Assembly: GCF_000172995.2 (NCBI RefSeq)
Contig: NC_014729.1
Coordinates: 2,760,001-2,792,000 of the forward strand
Source of the DNA: Halogeometricum borinquense DSM 11551
GTDB lineage: Archaea > Halobacteriota > Halobacteria > Halobacteriales > Haloferacaceae
Length of the DNA: 32,000 nt
Reading direction: 5' to 3'
A program made the translations under genes and the position numbers. This document shows, piece by piece, positions 8,601 to 15,046 of this stretch. The notes under the pieces are model-generated. The model ran no database searches. It worked only from the letters and a program-made list of their open reading frames with translations, and had not been told where the DNA came from. Each line of letters begins with the position of its first letter. The stretch's first letter is position 1.

Positions 8601-8751
8601 AGTCGCTCGCCGTGGTGTGGGAGCTCCCGACCGCAAGATCGCCGCTACTTGCCGCCGCAACCGGCGCGGTGCTCACGACGAGGTAGGTCGCGAACAGCGC
8701 GAACGCGACGATCGCCGGTCGGCGAGCGTCCTCGAGGCGGTCGCGGATCAC
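5656..8751 (-). CDS. Large secreted protein rich in N-glycosylation sequons, with a C-terminal TM anchor; spike/adhesin-like envelope glycoprotein candidate
   Basis: Signal peptide RRPAIVAFALFATYLVVSTAPVAAASS. More than 30 N-x-S/T sequons. LamG/ConA-like N-terminal region, then three 100-aa beta-sandwich-like repeats. C-terminal TM helices end in VGGGGRR. The probable start is GTG 8751 (GTGA overlap with the upstream stop, GGGGGTG 7 nt upstream). The track start is 8805. Confidence 0.9.
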   Translation of the reverse strand: MIRDRLEDARRPAIVAFALFATYLVVSTAPVAAASSGDLAVGSSHTTASDFNDATELTNVSVEGSGTSASVALEGQLNQTVDGFEDGDLSEYTQTTGDTVQSSMVWSGDYAVEMDPSVDEDLVSTSGLPKYPSAGDTISFRTYHDGSGGGWAFNFGKDSNNYYRVRHGYTVQDIRIIKVVNGTSTTLRDKDIGTPSGEWVRGKIEWGENGELNYTVYDEAGNVVASLSATDSNETVKSGGIMMEAWKHNAQYFDAIDLNGEKSSGTYISQPHDVGNAKKAWADLTLQNASATVTIQAYDSSTSSWTDVESSTYSSTGNYTLDLGNTSYEMWRTKVVFDDEPAGTVAEIHDEGVWFQPRAPSIDGAEAAPSGGSDTNNEDVTLSVPISDSDFSTPQGDSVTVDVYLDGEIVDTQTITSNQTVSTTVTELEDGNHTWHVETTDEYGEATTSSTWNFTVNHYAADVDNSSASPDGSTSRYANETISIDVSDRDFAEPSGDEVKVDLVLDGAVAGSKNVTKNGTVTFDVGPLEDGNHTWHVEMTDEYGLTSESDSFTWEIDHYEPTVNSSSMSPEDGAKLTSKDVTLSVNVSDRDFQLDGDTVTAEFVVDSEVVGTDTLSANGTASTTITDVGGGNHSWYVRVYDEYGSGNSSNPDATSANKTYLVPSTLYIRPVNQPKELINGTNVTVTGRFFSGELVFERSTENGKLNLTDLPVDRTYVLVLEADGHNRRTVIITSLYEQDSVYLLNDSKTAYYTEFVLNDLTGEFSGSNERAKLYIERAVNTSSGLEWVTVSGDFFGAEGRFEATLEKDRRYRIRIVGEHNSSRVLGAYTATRKGTVTLNVGQVSWKVEDNTQAIRHSAAYIDLTDGNEEPNGVVHFQYHDPTQNTSKLRVIIHAANNSSNEIMNSTYTEGYGTFSLNKTVSGNLTETDWEVTWYAYNSSNTVIESSNDLADGKRYVIENPIGPKWTPVILTCLFLFVGMLFGGRLSSIGSLAVTGVAAVMWWLGWYTASGGVVVFAGLVAVAMAVGGGGRR
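6766..7659 (-). repeat. Three tandem 300-nt (100-aa) domain repeats inside the glycoprotein gene
   Basis: Repeat landmarks LEDGNHTWHVETTDEYG, LEDGNHTWHVEMTDEYG and VGGGNHSWYVRVYDEYG are spaced exactly 100 aa apart. Each is preceded by (D/S)VSDRDF-like strands. Confidence 0.85.
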
Positions 8752-9041
8752 CGCGGACCACCCCCACGGAACGATCCCTTGCCCGCGACGACGGCGTAAA
8801 GCCACGCCACGATCCCGATCATAAGGAACGTGGGAGCGATCACGAGCCCGACATCGAGCGTGAAACTCAGGTTGTCGTCAAGGCCCTCCTCCTCGATCGC
8901 GCCGTTGTCAGCTTTCTTGACGGCGTCAGCGGTCCCATCAATCGTCGGGATCCCCACGACGACGAAGATACCACCGAGGAACAGGAGGAGCACCACGATC
9001 ACGAACGCGGAGAGATAGGACCCTCGGCTCTGTCGTCGCAT
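8748..9041 (-). CDS. Small 2-TM membrane protein (97 aa)
   Basis: Two hydrophobic helices flank an acidic loop, and the tail is FRGGGPR. ATG 9041 has GGAGGT 8 nt upstream, inside the end of the preceding gene. Confidence 0.75.
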   Translation of the reverse strand: MRRQSRGSYLSAFVIVVLLLFLGGIFVVVGIPTIDGTADAVKKADNGAIEEEGLDDNLSFTLDVGLVIAPTFLMIGIVAWLYAVVAGKGSFRGGGPR

Positions 9042-9044
9042 GAG

Positions 9045-9341
9045 TTAGAACCTCCGTCCAGTTTCGTTGATGGAGCGCCGAAACGAGATCAGTAAGGCTG
9101 CGAGTGCCGCTCCCCACAACGGCCAATACTCCCACAGGAGCCGATACCGTCGAACCGTCTCCTCGCCCCGGCTTGAATCGGCCATGCTGTTGCTCATGTT
9201 GAACAGCATGTGCTGCGGGCCGTCGAGGAACGACCACAACATAACGGCGAGGAACAGCACGCCGAACAGGAACAGGCCGAACCACGCGAAACTCGCATGG
9301 ACGGTGAGGTTCTCGTCGAGTTCACCGAACCAGTGAGTCAC
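9045..9341 (-). CDS. Small 2-TM membrane protein (98 aa)
   Basis: The GTG start overlaps the upstream stop (GTGA), with GGAGGTG 7 nt upstream. There are two hydrophobic helices. Confidence 0.75.
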   Translation of the reverse strand: MTHWFGELDENLTVHASFAWFGLFLFGVLFLAVMLWSFLDGPQHMLFNMSNSMADSSRGEETVRRYRLLWEYWPLWGAALAALLISFRRSINETGRRF

Positions 9342-12300
9342 CGATGGCCACCTCCGTATCCGGCGTTATCGTCGATGCCCGCAAGCGTCTCCTCGAAGGC
9401 AGCGTTGGCAGAATCGAGAGCGTCGTCAACCGCGGTGGAACGCTCAGCGCTCGCAAGCGTAGCGTCGAGCGCCTCTGTGGCGCTCGCGACGGGATTCACC
9501 CAGTCCTCTCCGTAGCCGACGAGCGGAGCGAACTGATCGATGCGCTCTTGCTCGTCGTCGTTGCTGTCGTCACGTCGGCGGCGATCGTCATCATCCCATG
9601 GACCACGAAGAGGGAGTCCCCCGTCTCCACCTCCACTCCCACCGCTGCTCGACGGAGGATACGACGGGCCACCACCACTGCCATCGCCACCCCCATCGCC
9701 GCCCGGCGGAGGATATGACGGACCCGGACCACCGCCACCGTCGTTACTATCACCGCCTGGCGGGGGATATGACGGGTCAGAGCCACCGCTGCCATCACCA
9801 CCCGACGGTGGATATGACGAGTCAGGACTACCGACACCACCGCTTGGTGGCAAATACCCCGAGCCGGGACCACCACTACCCGATCCACCGTAGGGTGGGA
9901 CGTCCGGCTCGCCACCGGTCGGAGCGCCACCGTAACCGCTCCCGACATCCGGATCAGGATAGCCGAGCGGGACGACGGGGGTAGGATCTGACGCGTCCGC
10001 GCCGTCTTTGTAGGCGTACTGTGAGGCGCGTGCACCGTCAGAATCTGAATCTGTGTCAGGAGACCTATCGGGCCCGTTGTAGGTATTCGTATCCGAGTCG
10101 GCAACTCGTGCTGTCGTGTCAGTATCGACATCGACAGCCCGTCCGGAGGGAAGACCCGCCTGACCTCGGGAGTCTGCGAGGAACGCCTGAGCCTCCTGGG
10201 GGAGATCAACATCGGGGATTTCCGGCGACGGTGGGTTCGGGTTTCTCAAGGTCGTGGTGCCGAACTCGTCTTCGAGATCGCCCCACGATCCGTAGTTTTC
10301 GTCCGGGAGCGACAGATCACCCCACGCGTCTTGCCACGAATCGGCCGCCGCTTTCGTCCCACGAGCCCGCCACCGAGTGATAGGATTGAGCGACTTGCTT
10401 TGCTGTTCGGCCATCCGTTCTGCGATCGTGCCGACGTCAACGACGTCTTTCGACCGCCATGTCTTCGGGGCGATCTCGCCCTCGCCGAACAGCCTCATTC
10501 CCCCTTCGATCTTCGCGTTTACCTGACTCTCAACGGGTTGGATTTTGACACCGTCGGCGGATCGGGTCGGGCCGTGGAGGTCGCCTGACCAATCTTTTTT
10601 CCCACGAGCACGGGAGCGGTCGTTTATATCGACCATGTGATCCCACCCATCCTCGGTCTTGACCTCGATTCCCCCTCGGCGCTGCATGGGACGGTCTTCG
10701 TACTTGCTGAGTATGTCGAAAAGTTCCTTCTGAGCCTTATCGGTATCACCAGTGTAGATGTCTATGTCATCGGGCGTACGGGCCTTCCCCGTCTGCATGA
10801 GTTGTGAGACACTTCCTCCGAGCTCCGAGTCGGTTGTTTTCAGCCACTCAGTGACTTCGGGAGCTGCCTCGTCGGGAATCTGTTGCGCGTTTCGAATCCC
10901 CTTCTCGGCCGTGGTGTCGGTGCCACCACTGACACGATCAACAACGGCATCTGTTCGAGAGCGGTCGCCGAGTCGCTCTGCGATTTCACGTCCTGCCTCG
11001 TATCGTTGCAGATCCGTCCCTTCTAGTTGGTTTCGGAGATTTGTGTCCCATATCGATGTCTCGATGGGCGAGGTTGGGGCAACCCCGCTTGAGTCCGGTC
11101 TCTTTGGAGGCCCTTGGAGATCGACATCCGGCGTTCCCACAGTCGGGCGGTGGTTGGTGACCCCGATTCGAGGAGTCGGGTTCGATCCTGGTAGCTTGGT
11201 TGTAAGGCCGCGGTAGGTCGTGACGTCGCCTCCATCTGGGACCTTCGCCGTCTCTACGCGTACCGGCATCTTTGACCCGATACCGACTTTTGTCGTGAGT
11301 CGCCCCACACCGAACCCAGTCAAGAGACCCAAACCAGCACCACCGACGAACTCAACGGGGCTAGATCGCGCTTCATTGACCATTGCTTCTCCCGCTTCCC
11401 GTCCGAACGCGGTCACGGTTTCACCAACAGCACCCGGCCCGTACTCTTCGACCGCATCGGGAGCGTTCTGTGCGACCTCGATACCCGTCTCGGCAGTTGT
11501 GATGTGCTGCGGAACGTTCAGAAAGTCAACTCCTGCCTTAGCAGCACCTTCGAGCAGTTGTTCCGGGACTCCTTCCTGCGAGTCAGGTACTCCGCCTTCA
11601 TCGGTTTCGATCGTCTTTTTGTAGTCATTAATGTCTTTAGCAACGCTCCTTACCTGCTGTTCTTGATCCTCAGAAAGGAGTCCTCCACTCTTCGTGAGGT
11701 CGTCACTGATATTCGTATTGAATTCAGCGTTGTTGACTGCCTCTCCCGTGTTTTCGGCCGAATTCTCTACACTTTCTTCTACTGCATTTCCAACGTTCGA
11801 GGCAGTCTCACCGACCGTATCCACACCACCACTGACAGAGTTTCCTACGTCACTCACGACGTCCGTGGCGGTATCAGTGGCCGAATCAATGCCACTGTCC
11901 ACGGAGTTGCCAACGTCATTCGTGACGTCAGAGGCAGTATCGGTTACTGTATCAACCCCCTCACCGACAGAATCTCCAACGCCGTTCACGACATCGGAGG
12001 CAGTATCGGTTACCGAGTCGATCCCGTCGTCAACAGAGTTTCCCACATCGTTCCCGATGTCTGAGGCGGTATCGGTGACTGAGTCGATACCATCGTCAAC
12101 AGAGCTGCCTACATCGTTTCCAATGTCTGAGGCGGTGTCGGTAACTGTGTCAACACCGGACTCCACCGCACTCCCAACATCGTCGAAGAATCCGCCACTG
12201 TCGCTGGACGATGAACTCGAGGAGGTTGGCGAGTCCAAGGACGAACCAGAGTGGTCTCGCCCCGCCTCTTGCGATGACCCTGACGAGCCGCCGATCCCGA

Positions 12301-12523
12301 CCGAGTCGGTCACGGAGTCAGCAGCGTCCGAGACGGTGTCGGTGATGCCGTCCCAGAACCCGCCACCGCCGCCCGAGTCGTTCGACGAGGACGAAGAGTG
12401 GGACGATCCCGAGGACCCCGACGAGCCGCTGCTCGAGGAACTACTCGACTGAGAGCCCGACGAACTACCGGAATCACCCGATTCGGATCCGGAATAGCCG
12501 GGGATGTTGTCTAAGAATCCCAT
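9338..12523 (-). CDS. Giant (1061 aa) low-complexity/repeat protein with poly-Ser/Gly tracts, 22-aa tandem repeats, a Gly-rich hydrophobic segment, a globular middle region and a Pro/Gly-rich SYPPxGG region
   Basis: A single uninterrupted ORF. The ATG directly abuts the upstream stop (TAGATG). Composition is extremely acidic, S/G/D/T-rich at the N-terminus. See the repeat features and findings. Confidence 0.9.
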   Translation of the reverse strand: MGFLDNIPGYSGSESGDSGSSSGSQSSSSSSSGSSGSSGSSHSSSSSNDSGGGGGFWDGITDTVSDAADSVTDSVGIGGSSGSSQEAGRDHSGSSLDSPTSSSSSSSDSGGFFDDVGSAVESGVDTVTDTASDIGNDVGSSVDDGIDSVTDTASDIGNDVGNSVDDGIDSVTDTASDVVNGVGDSVGEGVDTVTDTASDVTNDVGNSVDSGIDSATDTATDVVSDVGNSVSGGVDTVGETASNVGNAVEESVENSAENTGEAVNNAEFNTNISDDLTKSGGLLSEDQEQQVRSVAKDINDYKKTIETDEGGVPDSQEGVPEQLLEGAAKAGVDFLNVPQHITTAETGIEVAQNAPDAVEEYGPGAVGETVTAFGREAGEAMVNEARSSPVEFVGGAGLGLLTGFGVGRLTTKVGIGSKMPVRVETAKVPDGGDVTTYRGLTTKLPGSNPTPRIGVTNHRPTVGTPDVDLQGPPKRPDSSGVAPTSPIETSIWDTNLRNQLEGTDLQRYEAGREIAERLGDRSRTDAVVDRVSGGTDTTAEKGIRNAQQIPDEAAPEVTEWLKTTDSELGGSVSQLMQTGKARTPDDIDIYTGDTDKAQKELFDILSKYEDRPMQRRGGIEVKTEDGWDHMVDINDRSRARGKKDWSGDLHGPTRSADGVKIQPVESQVNAKIEGGMRLFGEGEIAPKTWRSKDVVDVGTIAERMAEQQSKSLNPITRWRARGTKAAADSWQDAWGDLSLPDENYGSWGDLEDEFGTTTLRNPNPPSPEIPDVDLPQEAQAFLADSRGQAGLPSGRAVDVDTDTTARVADSDTNTYNGPDRSPDTDSDSDGARASQYAYKDGADASDPTPVVPLGYPDPDVGSGYGGAPTGGEPDVPPYGGSGSGGPGSGYLPPSGGVGSPDSSYPPSGGDGSGGSDPSYPPPGGDSNDGGGGPGPSYPPPGGDGGGDGSGGGPSYPPSSSGGSGGGDGGLPLRGPWDDDDRRRRDDSNDDEQERIDQFAPLVGYGEDWVNPVASATEALDATLASAERSTAVDDALDSANAAFEETLAGIDDNAGYGGGHR
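9614..9961 (-). repeat. Pro/Gly-rich degenerate repeats (SYPPxGG-type motif, about 5 copies) near the C-terminus of the giant protein
   Basis: Protein stretch PPYGGSGSGGPGSGYLPPSGGVGSPDSSYPPSGGDGSGGSDPSYPPPGGDSNDGGGGPGPSYPPPGGDGGGDGSGGGPSYPPSSSGG. Confidence 0.8.
11750..12187 (-). repeat. About 6.5 tandem copies of a 66-nt (22-aa = 2 x 11-aa) repeat in the giant protein gene
   Basis: The units are DSVTDTASDIGNDVGSSVDDGI / DSVTDTASDIGNDVGNSVDDGI / DSVTDTASDVVNGVGDSVGEGV / DTVTDTASDVTNDVGNSVDSGI / DSATDTATDVVSDVGNSVSGGV / DTVGETASNVGNAVEESVENSA. The DNA copies are visibly similar but not identical. Confidence 0.9.
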
Positions 12524-13528
12524 CTACGGGAGCACCCCCGACGGTGGCATAATCATACCCGCGCCGCCCATCGGGATCGAGATCCCACCACCACTGCCAG
12601 CCGCAGTGAACCCGATGTACGCGACAATCGCACCAAGCATGAACGCGCCCATGAGCAGTCCCGCTTGCCCGAGCGGACCGAGCGACGCGAAGCCCTGTTG
12701 ACCTTTCTTCGCATTCTCCGCAACGCGGTGGAACTGTTGCGGCTTGACGTTGAACGGCGCGGCGTGGATCGTATCACGGAGGTCCACGACCTTCCGAGTC
12801 GGGAGCATCGTCTCCCACTCGTCGATCACCGTCTTGCCGCCGTCCGTGAGCGGATCATCCTCGTCGTCTCCGACGCGGTCGCGGGCGGCATCAACACCGT
12901 CACCGAGCCGGTCCCGAGCCGATCCGACGCTCTCACCGAGCTTATCGCGGGCGCGACGACCTTCATCCGCGAGGACCTGCGTGCCGTTCACGAGGCTATC
13001 TGCGATCTGGGTTCCGGCCGCAGCGATCAGTTCCGGACCGTCCTCTTGGGCTTTCCACGTCGCATAGTCAATCGTCGAGAGGTCCTCGGCGTAGTGCTGC
13101 ATCTTGATCCGTGCCTGCCGTCCGACCTCACCGGAGGCCGGTTCGGCAAGCGCGCCGAGGCCGTCGTAGGCGATTGCGAGCGCAGTCCCGCCATACCAAC
13201 CGCCCGGATCTCCGCCGACGCCGCTCGCGTCGTAGAACTCACGACCGTCGGCTGTCGGGACCCAGTACCCGTTATTCTCGCCGTCGTAGGTCGCCGGCTT
13301 GAGCGACCACAGGCCGTCCTCGTCCTTGATCGCCATGAGCGTCTTGCCCATAATCCGTGATCCACGGCCGATCAGTCGCCGCCCGAGCTTGTCTCGGACA
13401 CTGCCGACCGGGATATTGTGACCGCCCATGATCAGGAATATCGAGAGAACCGAGATCACCCCGACGATCGGCATGACCTTGTCCCACAAAATCTGCAAGA
13501 ACAGATTGAGCCACGGCATGAGCGCCAT
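12524..13528 (-). CDS. Membrane protein (334 aa) with an N-terminal TM, a soluble middle and Gly-rich C-terminal TM segments
   Basis: N-terminal helix VMPIVGVISVLSIFLIMGG and C-terminal helices LGQAGLLMGAFMLGAIVAYIGFTAAGSGGG. There is an internal 11-aa periodic stretch ARDKLGESVGS/ARDRLGDGVDA/ARDRVGDDEDD. GGAGGTG lies 8 nt upstream of the ATG. Confidence 0.85.
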   Translation of the reverse strand: MALMPWLNLFLQILWDKVMPIVGVISVLSIFLIMGGHNIPVGSVRDKLGRRLIGRGSRIMGKTLMAIKDEDGLWSLKPATYDGENNGYWVPTADGREFYDASGVGGDPGGWYGGTALAIAYDGLGALAEPASGEVGRQARIKMQHYAEDLSTIDYATWKAQEDGPELIAAAGTQIADSLVNGTQVLADEGRRARDKLGESVGSARDRLGDGVDAARDRVGDDEDDPLTDGGKTVIDEWETMLPTRKVVDLRDTIHAAPFNVKPQQFHRVAENAKKGQQGFASLGPLGQAGLLMGAFMLGAIVAYIGFTAAGSGGGISIPMGGAGMIMPPSGVLP

Positions 13529-13600
13529 CTACGGCTCACCTCCGTTGGATTTCAGCTGTTCGTCCATCGTGAAGTACACGATATTTTCGTTGTTTGACAT
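13529..13600 (-). CDS. Possible 23-codon micro-ORF (MSNNENIVYFTMDEQLKSNGGEP) bridging two operon genes
   Basis: It is not in the ORF track because it is under 60 aa. Its ATG lies 3 nt after the upstream TAA, and its TAG directly abuts the next ATG (TAGATG). Its last codons carry the GGAGGTG that serves the next gene. Confidence 0.3.
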   Translation of the reverse strand: MSNNENIVYFTMDEQLKSNGGEP

Positions 13601-13603
13601 GGG

Positions 13604-14164
13604 TTATCCCACCAATTTCGAGAGAAGACCGCCGCTGCTGTCGTCGCGTTCCTCGACGATTCTGCGCTCTGACTGTTGCTCTGCGAGGAGCTTCTGTTGC
13701 CACCCGTCCCGGGAACGTGTGTTGCGCTCGTAGGCCGCGTCGCGGGTGTCCCGGGCCTCGTGGATCTCTGTCGGCGAGAACGGCCACGGTTTGCCGTCAA
13801 GGCCGGCCACCCTCCGTCGCGGCCCCTGCCATATCGACTCCGAGGGCGGTGCGCTCGCGAGGAGGAGATCCATGTTGATATCGAGCTCGTGCCGGCGATA
13901 CCACAGCTCCGCCTCGTCGAGTTTGCCGAGGATATGGTCCTGGTTCAGCTCCGACGCCCACAACTTCGCGGCGTCGGGCGGCGCTCCCGACCGCGAGAGG
14001 GTCGAGAGGAGATCGCCAGCCGGGTGGTCACCGTAGTTCATGCCACGCGTTGCGGCATCGCGGTCCCACGTCCGGGGTTGCCAGTCATCGTTATTCGCCG
14101 TACTCCGTCCGTTTGCGGGGTTCTCTACAGTCTTCGTGTGTCCGTTAGTTCGTGCGTTACCCAC
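13604..14164 (-). CDS. Soluble hypothetical protein (186 aa), the only clearly non-membrane protein of the operon
   Basis: It has no hydrophobic helices. The GTG start has GAGGTGA 6 nt upstream. Composition is mixed-charge and W-rich. Confidence 0.8.
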   Translation of the reverse strand: MGNARTNGHTKTVENPANGRSTANNDDWQPRTWDRDAATRGMNYGDHPAGDLLSTLSRSGAPPDAAKLWASELNQDHILGKLDEAELWYRRHELDINMDLLLASAPPSESIWQGPRRRVAGLDGKPWPFSPTEIHEARDTRDAAYERNTRSRDGWQQKLLAEQQSERRIVEERDDSSGGLLSKLVG

Positions 14165-14166
14165 GT

Positions 14167-14514
14167 TTAGTCACCTCGTTGGGGTTTTTCGCGCTGTTCG
14201 GGTCCGGTCGGAGCCACCGGGTTATCCTTCCCGAGGACCGCCTCGACCGGATGTTCGGGGAGCTTGTCGAGTCCTTCGAGTATCGTCATGGCGAGCATAA
14301 ACAGGAGACCGCCGAGCCCGAGCGCGAACATGCCGAGCATTGTCCGCGGATCGCCGCCGGTGAGAGGTTCAACAGCGAACGAACTGATTGAGAACGCGCC
14401 GAAGAACACCATGCTCGCCGGCATGGTCGTGAGCGGTGCTCGACGGTCTATGAGTGCTATTTTGGCAGCCCCGAGCGCACCGAAAAGAAGTGCGAGATAA
14501 ACAGGTACGAGCAA
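14167..14514 (-). CDS. Small 3-TM membrane protein (115 aa)
   Basis: The TTG start follows a perfect GGAGGTGATC located in the end of the upstream gene. There are three hydrophobic helices. Confidence 0.75.
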   Translation of the reverse strand: MLVPVYLALLFGALGAAKIALIDRRAPLTTMPASMVFFGAFSISSFAVEPLTGGDPRTMLGMFALGLGGLLFMLAMTILEGLDKLPEHPVEAVLGKDNPVAPTGPEQREKPQRGD

Positions 14515-14520
14515 CGAAGA

Positions 14521-14997
14521 TCACCTCCGTCCACGTCGCCCGCCGCCACCGAACCCGCCGACGAGCCCCAGAATGAGGGCTGCGACGAGGACGATCACGG
14601 CGACCGCGCCGAGGACGAACGCGCTCCCGATCGTGCCGATCGAGTTGCGCGCCATGTCCGGCTTGTGGTCGAAAGCGTAGTCGATCTCCGCGGTCGCACC
14701 GTCTGTTGTACTCGTCGTACTATACCATGCTACCGAGTGATTTCCGGGATACCACTCATAGTCGGTTCCCTCAGTGAGGTTCGTACCCGAACTGTTCGTG
14801 ATCGTCTCGTTTTCATAGTATTTCTCGCCGTACGTCTTGTCAACCGACGTTGCGTTGCCCACGTCTATCGTGATCGACTCGTTCGCGACGCTCGATGTCG
14901 CCATAGCCGGCATCGTGCCGAAAATCGAGGACACAACGTAGATCCCGACGATCAGCATGACCGCCACGGTGACCATCTGGTTAAACGAGTCTTCCAC
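14521..14997 (-). CDS. 2-TM protein with a sequon-rich ectodomain; paralog of the C-terminal half of 15047..15625
   Basis: It shares FNQMVTVAVMLIVGIYV... and ...AVIVLVAALILGLVGGFGGGGRRGRR with its neighbour. The loop has NES, NAT, NET, NSS, NLT and NHS sequons. The track start GTG 15006 lies inside the SD GGAGGTGA, so GTG 14997 (5 nt after it) is preferred. Confidence 0.8.
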   Translation of the reverse strand: MEDSFNQMVTVAVMLIVGIYVVSSIFGTMPAMATSSVANESITIDVGNATSVDKTYGEKYYENETITNSSGTNLTEGTDYEWYPGNHSVAWYSTTSTTDGATAEIDYAFDHKPDMARNSIGTIGSAFVLGAVAVIVLVAALILGLVGGFGGGGRRGRR

Positions 14998-15046
14998 GTG
15001 TCTCACCTCCGTTCATAAGAGTGGTTTTAGGGTGTGAGATGGGTGT

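Noticed and set aside
11178-11188. GGGTTCGATCC, a tRNA T-arm-like motif.
   Set aside because: It lies inside the giant CDS, on the strand antisense to it. No acceptor, D or anticodon stems can be drawn around it, so the match is a coincidence.
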